Assembly: GCA_047602505.1 (NCBI GenBank)
Contig: JASGHD010000001.1
Coordinates: forward strand, 2,911,929 to 2,975,928
Reading direction: 5' to 3'
Length of the DNA stretch: 64,000 nucleotides
From: Opitutaceae bacterium
Lineage (GTDB): Bacteria > Verrucomicrobiota > Verrucomicrobiia > Opitutales > Opitutaceae
This document shows, piece by piece, positions 56,344 through 64,000 of this stretch; position 1 is the first letter of the stretch; each line of letters starts with the position of its first letter. The position numbers and the translations under genes are program-made. Under the pieces are notes generated by a model, which was not told where the DNA came from, searched no databases, and saw nothing but the letters and a program-made list of their open reading frames with translations.

Positions 56344-57261
56344 TCACGCGGCCGGAGTCTGCTTGTGCCACGTGACTTGTTCGCCGGCGGCGCTCACCCC
56401 GACGATCTGCTGCGCGTCGAAGAACGTGACCTGCACGAGCGCGTAGTAGGGCATCACCTGGAAGCCGGCGGCCTGGCGGCCCTGGAGCTGGATCTGGTTG
56501 GCGGCGGCATCCGCCTTCCACTGGCCATCGACGATGCTCCGGCCCATCGGGGTGAGGAGCTCGCCGCGGAACGAGCCTTCGGCGGTGAGAACCAACTGGA
56601 GGTTGGCCATAGCGAAAGGATTTTGGATACGTACTTGCCACGCGCCGGGCAGCAGCTCCGGCAAGGCGAGCGGGAGATCGAGGCCGAGCTCGCGGAGCAC
56701 CTGCCGCGGGTTGCGATTCCGCAGGGGCTCGGCGGCGGGCATGGCCGCCGCCGCGGGTTTCGCCGCTCGTTTGCGGCGGGGGCGCTCCGGCTTCGGTGCG
56801 GGGGGAAGCGGCGGGGGCACGGCGGCCGCGCCGGGCTTCCGGCCGGTGATGCCCCAAAGAAGACGGCTGAGCGCCTTCTCATCGTCATCGCCTGCGCCGA
56901 GGTCGACCCAGGTGCGGCTGCGGAGGAAGAGCGGCAACGCGGGTTTGTGCGCGCCGCGCAGGAGGACGGGGATCACGGGGCGCAGCGTCTCCTTGTCGTC
57001 GACGGCGAGCTGCAGCGCGGCGCGCATCTCCTCGGTTTCCCACGGTCCGGCGCCCGACTCGCCGACGACGACGGCGACGCTGCGCGACTGGAGGATGCCG
57101 TCCTCGAGGAGTTGCTGCCAAGGGATGCCGGGGCGGAGCTCGTCCTCGTCGAACCAGACGGTGAGCTGGTGCGCGAGCAGGCGGTCGCGGAGGGTGCGCA
57201 CGGCGGGCTTGTCCTTGTTGCTGTGCGAGAGGAAGACGTCGAAGGCGGGCGGCTGGCTCAT
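56344..57261 (-). CDS. TIR-domain protein with a Pro-rich linker and a C-terminal domain of unknown function.
   Basis: N-terminal FDVFLSHSNKDKPAVRTLRDRLLAHQLTVWFDEDELRPG…SRSVAVVVGESGAGPWETEEM follows the TIR pattern (FxSY/H…D; W-F-D; VVV…S.W…E). Then PPPLPPAPKPERP, then about 120 aa of unknown, beta-rich-looking sequence. Confidence 0.7.
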   Translation of the reverse strand: MSQPPAFDVFLSHSNKDKPAVRTLRDRLLAHQLTVWFDEDELRPGIPWQQLLEDGILQSRSVAVVVGESGAGPWETEEMRAALQLAVDDKETLRPVIPVLLRGAHKPALPLFLRSRTWVDLGAGDDDEKALSRLLWGITGRKPGAAAVPPPLPPAPKPERPRRKRAAKPAAAAMPAAEPLRNRNPRQVLRELGLDLPLALPELLPGAWQVRIQNPFAMANLQLVLTAEGSFRGELLTPMGRSIVDGQWKADAAANQIQLQGRQAAGFQVMPYYALVQVTFFDAQQIVGVSAAGEQVTWHKQTPAA

Positions 57262-57393
57262 GGCGGGGCAGTTGTTCGGGGTGGCGAAAAACGCCCCGGG
57301 GCGCGCCTGGTGGGGGCAACCGCGTTCCGGGAACGGCGTTGAGGATACGCGTCGGCGCCCGAGAATCGAGCGGCAACAAGCCGTTTCGCTCGA

Positions 57394-58584
57394 TCAACGC
57401 GACGGCGGCAGCGGCACGAGCGGGATGCCGCGCGGACAACTGCCGCCAGCGCGGACGAACTGGCTGCGACAGCGCGGGCAGTAGCTCCGGGCGTTCGCGC
57501 CGTCCGTGCGCGGCGGGGCGAGCAGCGCGGCGGGGTCGATGCCGCCTGTGCCGAGCCACTCACCGAAGCGATGTTCGCCATCGTCCGCGTGCCACGCGCG
57601 GATCGCGCGCGCGGCGGCGAGCAACTCTGGCGGGGCGGACAACTCCGGGTTTTCGCCGGCGGAAACCTCCTCGGGCAACGGCAGCGGCCAACGCGCATCG
57701 GCAAGCGCGGCGAACGCCGTTTCCTCGCGCAGCCGGCGGCCGGGCGCGGCGAGCGCGACGAGCAGCGGATGCGGCGCGGGCGCGGCGGCATCGGTCAACA
57801 GCCGGCGCCAGCGCAGACCCTGCGGCGGGAACAGGGCGGCGGAGAAAATGGCCTTTGTCGTGCCGGGTTGGAGCCAGCGCCGGAGCCGGCGCGCGGCGAG
57901 GACGGCGGTGACGATCCCGCCGAGATAGGCGAGCAGCGCGAAGAGCAGCAGCGGCGAGAGCAGGCGCAGGATGCGCGGCGCCTCCTCGTATTCCTCGGTC
58001 GACGGCGCGAGGCAGACGATCGCGGTGACGGCGGCCATCGCGAGGAGTGCGGCGGTGTTGAGCCAGGCGCAATCGCCCGTGCGGCGGCGGATCACCGCGA
58101 GGCGGCGGCGCCAGTGTGCGGGCCGCAGCCGCAGATCGAGCCAGCGGCGCAGGTGCGCTTCGCGCTCGGCGGGCGCGAGCGGCGCGAGAACGCGGGCGAG
58201 GGCCAGCAACTCGGCGGCAGGCCAGGCGGCGGCGGCGGGCGCGAAGAGCCGGCCGTTGATGACGAGCCAGCCTTGTTTCTCGACGACGCTTTCGAGCTGT
58301 TCCCAGCGCCAGACCGCGGTGAAGGGCGCACGCGCGGCGGGGCGACCGGCTGTCGCCACGTACTGGTTACAGAGGCCTTCGGGCGAAAGGGCGAACGGCG
58401 GGTCGTCGGCACGGAACCGCCAGGTCCACGGCGCGGGCGGGAGGAGGTGAAGCCGTTCATGGCGCAGCGCCGCGGGCCACGGTGCGCCGCGGCGGATGGT
58501 GGTGTGCGGCAGCCGGCGGCGCCGCAGGCCGTCGACGAGGTAGGCGATCCAGAAGATCGCGAGCACGGACCACCATTCGGACAT
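57394..58584 (-). CDS. Membrane protein with a C-terminal CxxC…C zinc-ribbon-like motif; unknown function.
   Basis: Start MSEWWSVLAIFWIAYLV (TM helix). More TM helices in the middle. C-terminal YCPRCRSQFVRAGGSCPRG. Confidence 0.5.
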   Translation of the reverse strand: MSEWWSVLAIFWIAYLVDGLRRRRLPHTTIRRGAPWPAALRHERLHLLPPAPWTWRFRADDPPFALSPEGLCNQYVATAGRPAARAPFTAVWRWEQLESVVEKQGWLVINGRLFAPAAAAWPAAELLALARVLAPLAPAEREAHLRRWLDLRLRPAHWRRRLAVIRRRTGDCAWLNTAALLAMAAVTAIVCLAPSTEEYEEAPRILRLLSPLLLFALLAYLGGIVTAVLAARRLRRWLQPGTTKAIFSAALFPPQGLRWRRLLTDAAAPAPHPLLVALAAPGRRLREETAFAALADARWPLPLPEEVSAGENPELSAPPELLAAARAIRAWHADDGEHRFGEWLGTGGIDPAALLAPPRTDGANARSYCPRCRSQFVRAGGSCPRGIPLVPLPPSR

Positions 58585-58683
58585 GGGGGAGGAGAGTTCC
58601 GGAAGGCGACCGAAGGCAACGCGGAGAGCGAACGCGGCGCTCGGCACGCCTGTCGCGGGCCAGGGAAGGCGAGACGGCGCCGC

Positions 58684-59637
58684 TCAGGCGGACTTATCGG
58701 AATCGGTCGGGTGCGAACCGGTGAGCTTCTTGAAGAGCTTGGCGATGCCGGCGCCGATCGCGGCGATCACGACGATGATGCCCTTGCCGAGCTTCGCGAG
58801 GAGCGCGCCAAACTTGGAGAGCAGTCCCATCTTGGCGGCGGCCGCGGCGCCGCCGCCGAGCACGAGGGCGGAGAGGCCGACGGCAGCGATCTTGTCGCCC
58901 TTCTTCCACTCGGCGTAGCGGTGCCCGGAGGTGTAGCCGAAGTTGCCGGCGAGCAGGGTGGCGGTGGCCTGCGAGGCGGCGGCGTACTCCTCGGGATCGG
59001 CGACAAGGGTGACGTTCATGTAGCCGCCGCGGCCGAGGAGGCGGATGTTCTCGTTGATCCAGTAGGACTGGTGGTTGTCGCGCGATGACGAGAGCTTGAG
59101 CGCCCAGGTGAGATTGTGCGTCTTCTCGTCGTAACGCGGGGTGGCGGCCCAGCCTTGGAGCTGCATCTCGTCCCAGCCCTCCTTCTTGCGCGCCTCGTTG
59201 GCGGCGGCCTGGTTCTCGCGCATCGAGGCGAGGAGCTTGTCGGCGTTGAGCTGGTCCTTCTCGTCGTCCTTCACGTAGCCGACCTCGGCGAAGTCGAAGA
59301 AGAGCATCCAGCCGGCGGGATCGATCACGACGCCGACCTCGTCGCCGGCGCGCATGTTGTGGGTGAGCTTGTAGAAGAGATCGAGGGAGTCGGTGCCGAC
59401 GAACGACTGGCCGGGTTGGAGTTGATATTCGGCGACGGAGCCGAGCGCGACTTGGGCGGGGCCCTCGGTGGTCTTCACGCCCTTGCGGTGGAGCGCCTCG
59501 ACGAACGTCTTCGGCGGTTCCTCCTCGACCGGCGTGGCCGCGGCGGCGGGCGGGGCCGCGGGCGCAGGATCGGCGCGGAGGGCGAGCGGGGTGGCGAAGA
59601 GCAGGGCGGCGAGAAACGAACGGGAAACGAGGTGCAT
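58684..59637 (-). CDS. DUF2167-like membrane-anchored secreted protein.
   Basis: Signal peptide MHLVSRSFLAALLFATPLALRA, a globular middle region, and a C-terminal hydrophobic anchor GIIVVIAAIGAGIAKLFKKL. The family assignment is from memory and moderate. Confidence 0.55.
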   Translation of the reverse strand: MHLVSRSFLAALLFATPLALRADPAPAAPPAAAATPVEEEPPKTFVEALHRKGVKTTEGPAQVALGSVAEYQLQPGQSFVGTDSLDLFYKLTHNMRAGDEVGVVIDPAGWMLFFDFAEVGYVKDDEKDQLNADKLLASMRENQAAANEARKKEGWDEMQLQGWAATPRYDEKTHNLTWALKLSSSRDNHQSYWINENIRLLGRGGYMNVTLVADPEEYAAASQATATLLAGNFGYTSGHRYAEWKKGDKIAAVGLSALVLGGGAAAAAKMGLLSKFGALLAKLGKGIIVVIAAIGAGIAKLFKKLTGSHPTDSDKSA

Positions 59638-59811
59638 GGGCCGGAGGGATTGGGATAAAGGGCGCGGCGACGGGGAGGAAGTCACGAGCAAGAAAGCGCG
59701 GCGCGGCGCGCGCAACTCTCGGCTGCCGGCCGGGTGTACCGTTTTGGTAAACCTGCGGACCGCCGAGCGCTCAGCGGCGGCGCGGCGTGGCGACAGGGCG
59801 CGCGCGGGGGG

Positions 59812-60054
59812 TCACTGGCGGGCTTTGAGCATCTCGGCGAGGGCAGCCTCGTCGACGGTGCCTTTGACGGTATTGAGAAAGCCGAGCACCTTGAGCCGCT
59901 CGTCCGGGCTGCAGGAGGAGATCTCGACCATCCAATCCTCGGCTTTCGGGGCGGAGACGATGATCTCGTCCGACCAGGCGATCACTTCGGCGGCTTCGAT
60001 GAAACCGCCGGTGATGCCACGAATGAAGAATTCCGCCTTGGTGCGATAGTCCAT
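59812..60054 (-). CDS. Small hypothetical protein (about 80 aa).
   Basis: MDYRTKAEFFIRGITGGFIEAAEVIAWSDEIIVSAPKAEDWMVEISS…; the first gene of the minus-strand cassette. Confidence 0.4.
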   Translation of the reverse strand: MDYRTKAEFFIRGITGGFIEAAEVIAWSDEIIVSAPKAEDWMVEISSCSPDERLKVLGFLNTVKGTVDEAALAEMLKARQ

Positions 60055-60284
60055 CGGGCAGAGGAAGCAGAACGCGACGCCGCTGCCAAGCGCCGCGCGC
60101 AAGGGCGCGAGCGGGAAGTCGAGAGTCGAGCGGTCGAGAGACGAGCGCAGCAGCGGCGTCGCTTGGTCGTGCGTGCGGCTGATTCCAGCGCACCAGACTG
60201 TCTGGCACTTGGCTCCCGACGCTCGGCGCTCGACCGAATCTTTATGTCGCAGGCCGGAGACGAGACGGACGTTGGCGCTTTCAT

Positions 60285-60307
60285 CATGTCAACCAATAGT
60301 TGACATG
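60285..60307. repeat. Palindromic element copy 4 (CATGTCAACCAATAGTTGACATG).
   Basis: Identical to copy 3. It lies between the NamZ-like gene's 3' end and the small-protein gene. Confidence 0.65.
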
Positions 60308-60488
60308 ATCAGGTTATCGGAATCGCCAATGCCGCACGAGATTCGCCGGGAAGTGGTGCGCGCCGAGGGATCATTCGCGTTGCGGTGGTGCGCGCGATGG
60401 GCGCAGGCGGCGCGAGGTGTGGCGCTCTGCCGACACGAAGGGTTTCGCAGCGGCACGCCGGCGGGACGGACGGTCACCGTGCTCGAGC

Positions 60489-61841
60489 CTACGGCTGATA
60501 AAGCCAGAAGCGGCGGGTCTGCTGCTGGTACTGGAGCGCGCGCTGGCGCCATTCCTCGTGGAGGGCGGCGACGTTGGTGCGCGGGCCGTCGCGCACGAGC
60601 GCCTGCCAGAGCGCGCGCGAGCCGGTGTGTTTGCGGAAGAGGTCGGCGTCGGTCTGGGAGGCGTTGGCGAAGGGGTTCTTCGGGTTCCACGTGGCGGCGA
60701 GCTGCATGAGGTGGAAGCTCAGCTCGGTGGGGCGCCAGGCGTTCCAGTCGGTGATCTCCGTGTAGACGCCGCGCATCGGGGCGCCCTTGCTGTCGGTGGT
60801 CCCGATCACGGCGAACGACACGCCGGGGAGGTGGAGCGCATCGAGCGCGCGTTTCAGCTCCTCGGGGCTCTTCTGGGGAAACGTGAGGGTGCGAAACGGA
60901 TACCCGGTGCCCACGCCATGGCGGAATCCGCCGATCTCGCAGCCGAGGCCGGTCATGGCGTAGCCGGCGGCGGCGCCGAAGCTGCGCACGTAGGGCGAGG
61001 TGGGGACGAACTTCAGGCCGGTCTCGGGCCAGCGCATCGAGCGGCGCCAGCCCTTCATCGCGATCACGGTGAGCTTGCCCTTGGTGCGCACCGCCTCGGG
61101 AACGGAGAGCACGCCGGGGGTGTTTTTCGCCACGAGCGCGAGCTCGCCCATCGTGAGGCCGTGCACGTACGGCACGCGAAACGCGCCCACATAGCTCATG
61201 AGATCGCTGTCGAGCGGCGGACCGTCGACCTTCAGGCCGCCGAGCGGATTCGGGCGGTCGAGGACGATGACTTCTTTGCCGTTCTCGAAACACGCCTCCA
61301 TGCAGACCTTCATCGCGCTGATGAACGTGTAGCTGCGCGTGCCGATGTCCTGCAGGTCGATGACGAGGGCGTCGATCGACTTGAGCTGGGCGGGCGTGGG
61401 CTTGCGGGACTTGCCGTTGTAGAGGGAGAAGATCGGCAGGCCGGTCGCGGGATGGACGGAGTCCTGGTAGTTCTTGCTCGCGGGGATCGTGCCGTCGATC
61501 CCGTGTTCGACGCCGTAGAGCGCGACGAGGTTCACGCCCGGCGCGCGGCGGAGGACTTCGACGGTGCTGATGCCGCGGCGGTTCACGCCGGCCGGATGCG
61601 TGAGCAACCCGAGGCGCTTGCCGCGCACCGTGGCGAAACCGTCGGCCTCGAGCACATCCACGCCGAGCATCACCGGATAAATGCGGTCGGCGGGGCGCGC
61701 GACGACCGACGCGATCGGCGCGGCGGCACGTGTCGGCGGGACCTTGGCGGGCTGCGCCTCGGTGCAGCCGAAACCGCAGAGCGCCACGCCGAGCGTGACG
61801 AGACAACGGAGACGGAGCAGAGGCGCGACCGTGGGGGGCAT
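60489..61841 (-). CDS. DUF1343-family protein (NamZ-like exo-beta-N-acetylmuramidase), secreted.
   Basis: Signal peptide. Conserved stretches RLGLLTHPAGV, LVALYGVEHG, VIVLDRPNPLGG characteristic of DUF1343. Confidence 0.8.
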   Translation of the reverse strand: MPPTVAPLLRLRCLVTLGVALCGFGCTEAQPAKVPPTRAAAPIASVVARPADRIYPVMLGVDVLEADGFATVRGKRLGLLTHPAGVNRRGISTVEVLRRAPGVNLVALYGVEHGIDGTIPASKNYQDSVHPATGLPIFSLYNGKSRKPTPAQLKSIDALVIDLQDIGTRSYTFISAMKVCMEACFENGKEVIVLDRPNPLGGLKVDGPPLDSDLMSYVGAFRVPYVHGLTMGELALVAKNTPGVLSVPEAVRTKGKLTVIAMKGWRRSMRWPETGLKFVPTSPYVRSFGAAAGYAMTGLGCEIGGFRHGVGTGYPFRTLTFPQKSPEELKRALDALHLPGVSFAVIGTTDSKGAPMRGVYTEITDWNAWRPTELSFHLMQLAATWNPKNPFANASQTDADLFRKHTGSRALWQALVRDGPRTNVAALHEEWRQRALQYQQQTRRFWLYQP

Positions 61842-61933
61842 GGGCGGCTACTCTTGAAGGGCGCGCGGAGCCGTCGAGTCGAAACGCGGCGGGTGGGCGA
61901 CGATGATCCGCAAGAAGGAATGCCCTTGAGCGA

Positions 61934-61985
61934 GGCAGGGCGAGTCGTCCCCGACGAGCCGCGGCTCCCTGTTTCCCCGCGGAAG
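61934..61985. repeat. Degenerate REP-like element remnant.
   Basis: …GGCGAGTCGTCCCCGACGAGCCGCGGCTCCCTG… shares the GAGCCGCGGCTC core and the GTCCCCG arm with the other copies. Confidence 0.3.
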
Positions 61986-62308
61986 AGTCTGCGAGAGGTT
62001 TCGCCCCGCCCACGGAAAGCTTCACCTCTGGGTGACACCGCCGACGCAGCGTCGCGGACGACGTCCGACGGCCCGGCGCCGCCATCTCAGTTCTCAAGCC
62101 ACATGAACCAGAAACCACAGATCCCGCAGATAAACACGGATCATCCAGCGGCCATCCATGGCCATTCGTGTAATCCGTGGTCACTCTCCGACCCGCTCGC
62201 TCGGCAATGTTGCTTACCCGCAAGGCCACGCCCCGGCGGCGCCTACGCTGAGTTCGTCGGTTACCCGAAGATCGACCGCAGGGGAAACGCGCCGTTTGTG
62301 GTTTCGGG

Positions 62309-62331
62309 CATGTCAACTATTGGTTGACATG
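62309..62331. repeat. Palindromic element copy 5 (CATGTCAACTATTGGTTGACATG).
   Basis: It overlaps the stop codon of the glycerate kinase gene. Confidence 0.65.
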
Positions 62332-63521
62332 CCGTCTTTTGACGCAGGGCCGAGTGAGGCGCCGAGGTGTTGGCGAAGCGCGGTCGCGAGCAGCTCGGGT
62401 GCGCGCGCGAGGGCCGCGGCGAGCGGAAGCCCCGGCGGTGTGATCGCGTGCGCTTGCGCGAGGAGCGGCAGGGCGGTGGGCGGGAGATCGCCGAGCGAGC
62501 CGGCGAGGATGAACACGCGTTTGCCGGCGGCGGCGGCCACGAGCGCGCCGGGGCCTTTGCCGGAAAGCGACGAGGTGTCGAATCGACCCTCGCCCGTGAG
62601 GATGAGATCGGCGGCGTCGATTCGACGCCCGAGATCGAGCCAGTCGTGCACGAGCGACCAACCCGGCACGAGTTGCGCGCGGGCGGCGATCATCAGGCCG
62701 AATGCGACGCCTCCCGCGGCGCCGGCCCCGGGGAGATGGGCGAGCGAGAGCGGTTGGCCGCAGTGCGTGGAGAGCAACATCGCCATCCGCACGGTGGCTT
62801 TTTCGAGCGCCGGAAGATCGGCGGGGGCGAGGCCTTTCTGTGGCGCGTAGGTCGCGGCAGCCCCGGTCGGGCCGAGCAGCGGATTTGTGACGTCGCAGGC
62901 GACGCGCAGCGGCGGAAAGACCGCGGGCACATGGCCGGCGAAGCGGGCGATGTGCTCCCAAGCGGAGGTGGTCGGCGGAAAAATCGCGGCGCTGCGCTCG
63001 TCGAGAAACCGCAGTCCGAGCGCGCCGAGAGCGCCGAGCCCGAGGTCGTGTGTGGCGCTGCCGCCCACGCCGAGGAGGATGGCGCGGGCGCCCCGTTTCG
63101 CGGCGGCGGCGAGGAGCTGGCCGGTGCCGTAACTGGACGTGCGCCACGGGTTGCGCTCGGCGGGCGGAACGAGGGCGAGCCCGCTCGCGGCGGCCATCTC
63201 GACAAGGGCGACCGTATCGGTTTCGCGGAGCGCGGGCAGGGCGAGACGAGCGCGGGCGGCAGCGGGGATGCGGCCGAAGGGAACAATCCCGTAGCTGGCA
63301 GTGCGCGGTTCGCCGAGCGGGCCGACGATGCGGACCGGGACCATCTCGCCGCCGACGGCGGCGGTGAGAATGGAAGCGAAGCCGTCGCCGCCATCCGCGA
63401 GCGGGGCAAGGTCGAGCTGCCAGTCGGCATGCGCGGCGCGGAGTATCTCTGCAGCGATCGCGCAGGCGGCGGGTGCAGTGAGCGAGTCCTTGAACTTGTC
63501 GAAGGCGAGGAGGACGCGCAT
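62313..63521 (-). CDS. Glycerate kinase.
   Basis: MRVLLAFDKFKDSLTA… (GarK/GlxK N-terminus), …ILLGVGGSATHDLGLGA…, and C-terminal LILTGEGRFDTSSLSGKGPGALVAAAAGKRVF. Confidence 0.85.
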   Translation of the reverse strand: MRVLLAFDKFKDSLTAPAACAIAAEILRAAHADWQLDLAPLADGGDGFASILTAAVGGEMVPVRIVGPLGEPRTASYGIVPFGRIPAAARARLALPALRETDTVALVEMAAASGLALVPPAERNPWRTSSYGTGQLLAAAAKRGARAILLGVGGSATHDLGLGALGALGLRFLDERSAAIFPPTTSAWEHIARFAGHVPAVFPPLRVACDVTNPLLGPTGAAATYAPQKGLAPADLPALEKATVRMAMLLSTHCGQPLSLAHLPGAGAAGGVAFGLMIAARAQLVPGWSLVHDWLDLGRRIDAADLILTGEGRFDTSSLSGKGPGALVAAAAGKRVFILAGSLGDLPPTALPLLAQAHAITPPGLPLAAALARAPELLATALRQHLGASLGPASKDGMSTNS

Positions 63522-63586
63522 GGGGGTGAGCCGGCGATGGATGGGTCGGATGGGCCCGAAAGGACCTATGGAGAAATGAAAGGAGC

Positions 63587-64000
63587 TCACGCGACGGGCG
63601 GCGGGGTGCTGGCCAGTTGCTGCGCAAGCCAGGCGCGGGCGCCGGGTTCGTCGGTGAAGGCGCCGTCGAGCTGGGCTTCGTAGGCGGCGGCGAGGATTTC
63701 GCGAAAACGCGGGCCGGGCGGCAGGCCGGCGGCGACGAGGTGACGGCCGAGCAGGAGCCGCTTGGGGGCGGCATCGGCGAGGGCGAGCGAGCGCGCGGCG
63801 GCGGCGAGTTGCTCGATGCGGTGTTCGCTCGCGGGATCGCGACGCGGCGGGCGGCCAAGGTGATCGGCCCAGAGGACGAGCACGAGTTGCTCGATCGTGG
63901 CGGGGGCGAGGCGGTGTGCGAGGCGCCGCACGAAACGCGGAGCGGGTGCGCCACCGGCGGGCCAGCCGAGGTGCGCGAAGTGGTTCTCGACGAGCACGCG
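63587..64000 (-). CDS. 3' portion of an HD-domain nucleotidyltransferase (CCA-adding enzyme / poly(A) polymerase family C-terminus). 5' partial; runs off the window.
   Basis: LLLGRHLVAAGLPPGPRFREILAAAYEAQLDGAFTDEPGARAWL resembles the C-terminal helical region of CCA tRNA nucleotidyltransferases. Confidence 0.45.
   Translation of the reverse strand, partial: RVLVENHFAHLGWPAGGAPAPRFVRRLAHRLAPATIEQLVLVLWADHLGRPPRRDPASEHRIEQLAAAARSLALADAAPKRLLLGRHLVAAGLPPGPRFREILAAAYEAQLDGAFTDEPGARAWLAQQLASTPPPVA

Noticed and set aside
55819-57342. 507-aa plus-strand ORF antisense to the TIR gene.
   Set aside because: Antisense artefact. The minus-strand frame carries the TIR motifs.
60417-62327. 636-aa plus-strand ORF antisense to the NamZ-like gene.
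   Set aside because: Antisense artefact.
62317-63954. 545-aa minus-strand ORF in an alternative frame over the glycerate kinase gene.
   Set aside because: Arg/Pro-rich off-frame artefact. The glycerate kinase frame has the conserved motifs.
1-64000. CRISPR arrays, rRNA, tRNA, integrase or transposase genes.
   Set aside because: No regularly spaced direct repeats with unique spacers. No RNA gene-like conserved segments. No recombinase-like ORFs. The only repeats are the two short palindromic families and the 24-bp coding minisatellite.

Overview
High-GC (roughly 65-70%) bacterial chromosomal segment, densely coding on both strands. No rRNA, tRNA or CRISPR array was seen. Taxonomic origin cannot be determined from sequence alone.

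Gene content from start to end:
- The 3' ~3.2 kb of a gene for a highly repetitive protein: about 125 tandem copies of the octapeptide (S/T)TTQLAAL, encoded by 24-bp DNA repeats. This is followed by a TPR/O-GlcNAc-transferase-like (GT41) glycosyltransferase.
- An operon on the minus strand: FNT-family channel, then sulfite/nitrite reductase haemoprotein, then CysJ-like flavoprotein.
- An MsbA-like ABC exporter.
- Two ECF sigma/anti-sigma loci. One has a VWA-domain anti-sigma factor followed by a 2355-aa membrane-anchored secreted protein.
- Hexuronate and pectin genes: uxuA, an SDR-type mannonate oxidoreductase and a GH28 polygalacturonase.
- dnaN with no dnaA next to it, a pssA-like gene, an orphan RelE/ParE-like toxin, an NfeD-flotillin pair and an MFS transporter.
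- A YbhGFSR-like export operon with TetR regulator, HlyD fusion protein, two separate ATPases and two ABC-2 permeases.
- An RRM RNA-binding protein and a SWIB-domain protein, two EamA transporters flanking an alpha/beta hydrolase, an aldo-keto reductase, an AraC regulator and an ABM-DUF1805 fusion.
- A four-gene minus-strand cassette ending in a TIR-domain protein, then NamZ-like DUF1343, glycerate kinase and a partial HD-domain (CCA-adding-like) gene.

Two families of short palindromic repeats are scattered through the window:
- A 23-bp perfect palindrome, CATGTCAAC-N5-GTTGACATG, in 5 copies. Four sit just past the 3' ends of genes (one overlapping a stop codon); the fifth lies 250 bp downstream of the giant gene and 335 bp upstream of uxuA.
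- A 53-76-bp REP-like inverted repeat, GTAGGGCGAACC...CGCCCTAC, in 4 clear copies plus 1 degenerate copy. One clear copy lies in-frame inside the 2355-aa ORF.

Many long ORFs on the opposite strand or in other frames are high-GC artefacts and were rejected.

The strongest candidates for a new system are the TIR cassette bounded by the palindromic elements, the octapeptide-repeat protein, the two palindromic element families, and the sigma/anti-sigma-VWA/giant-protein locus.
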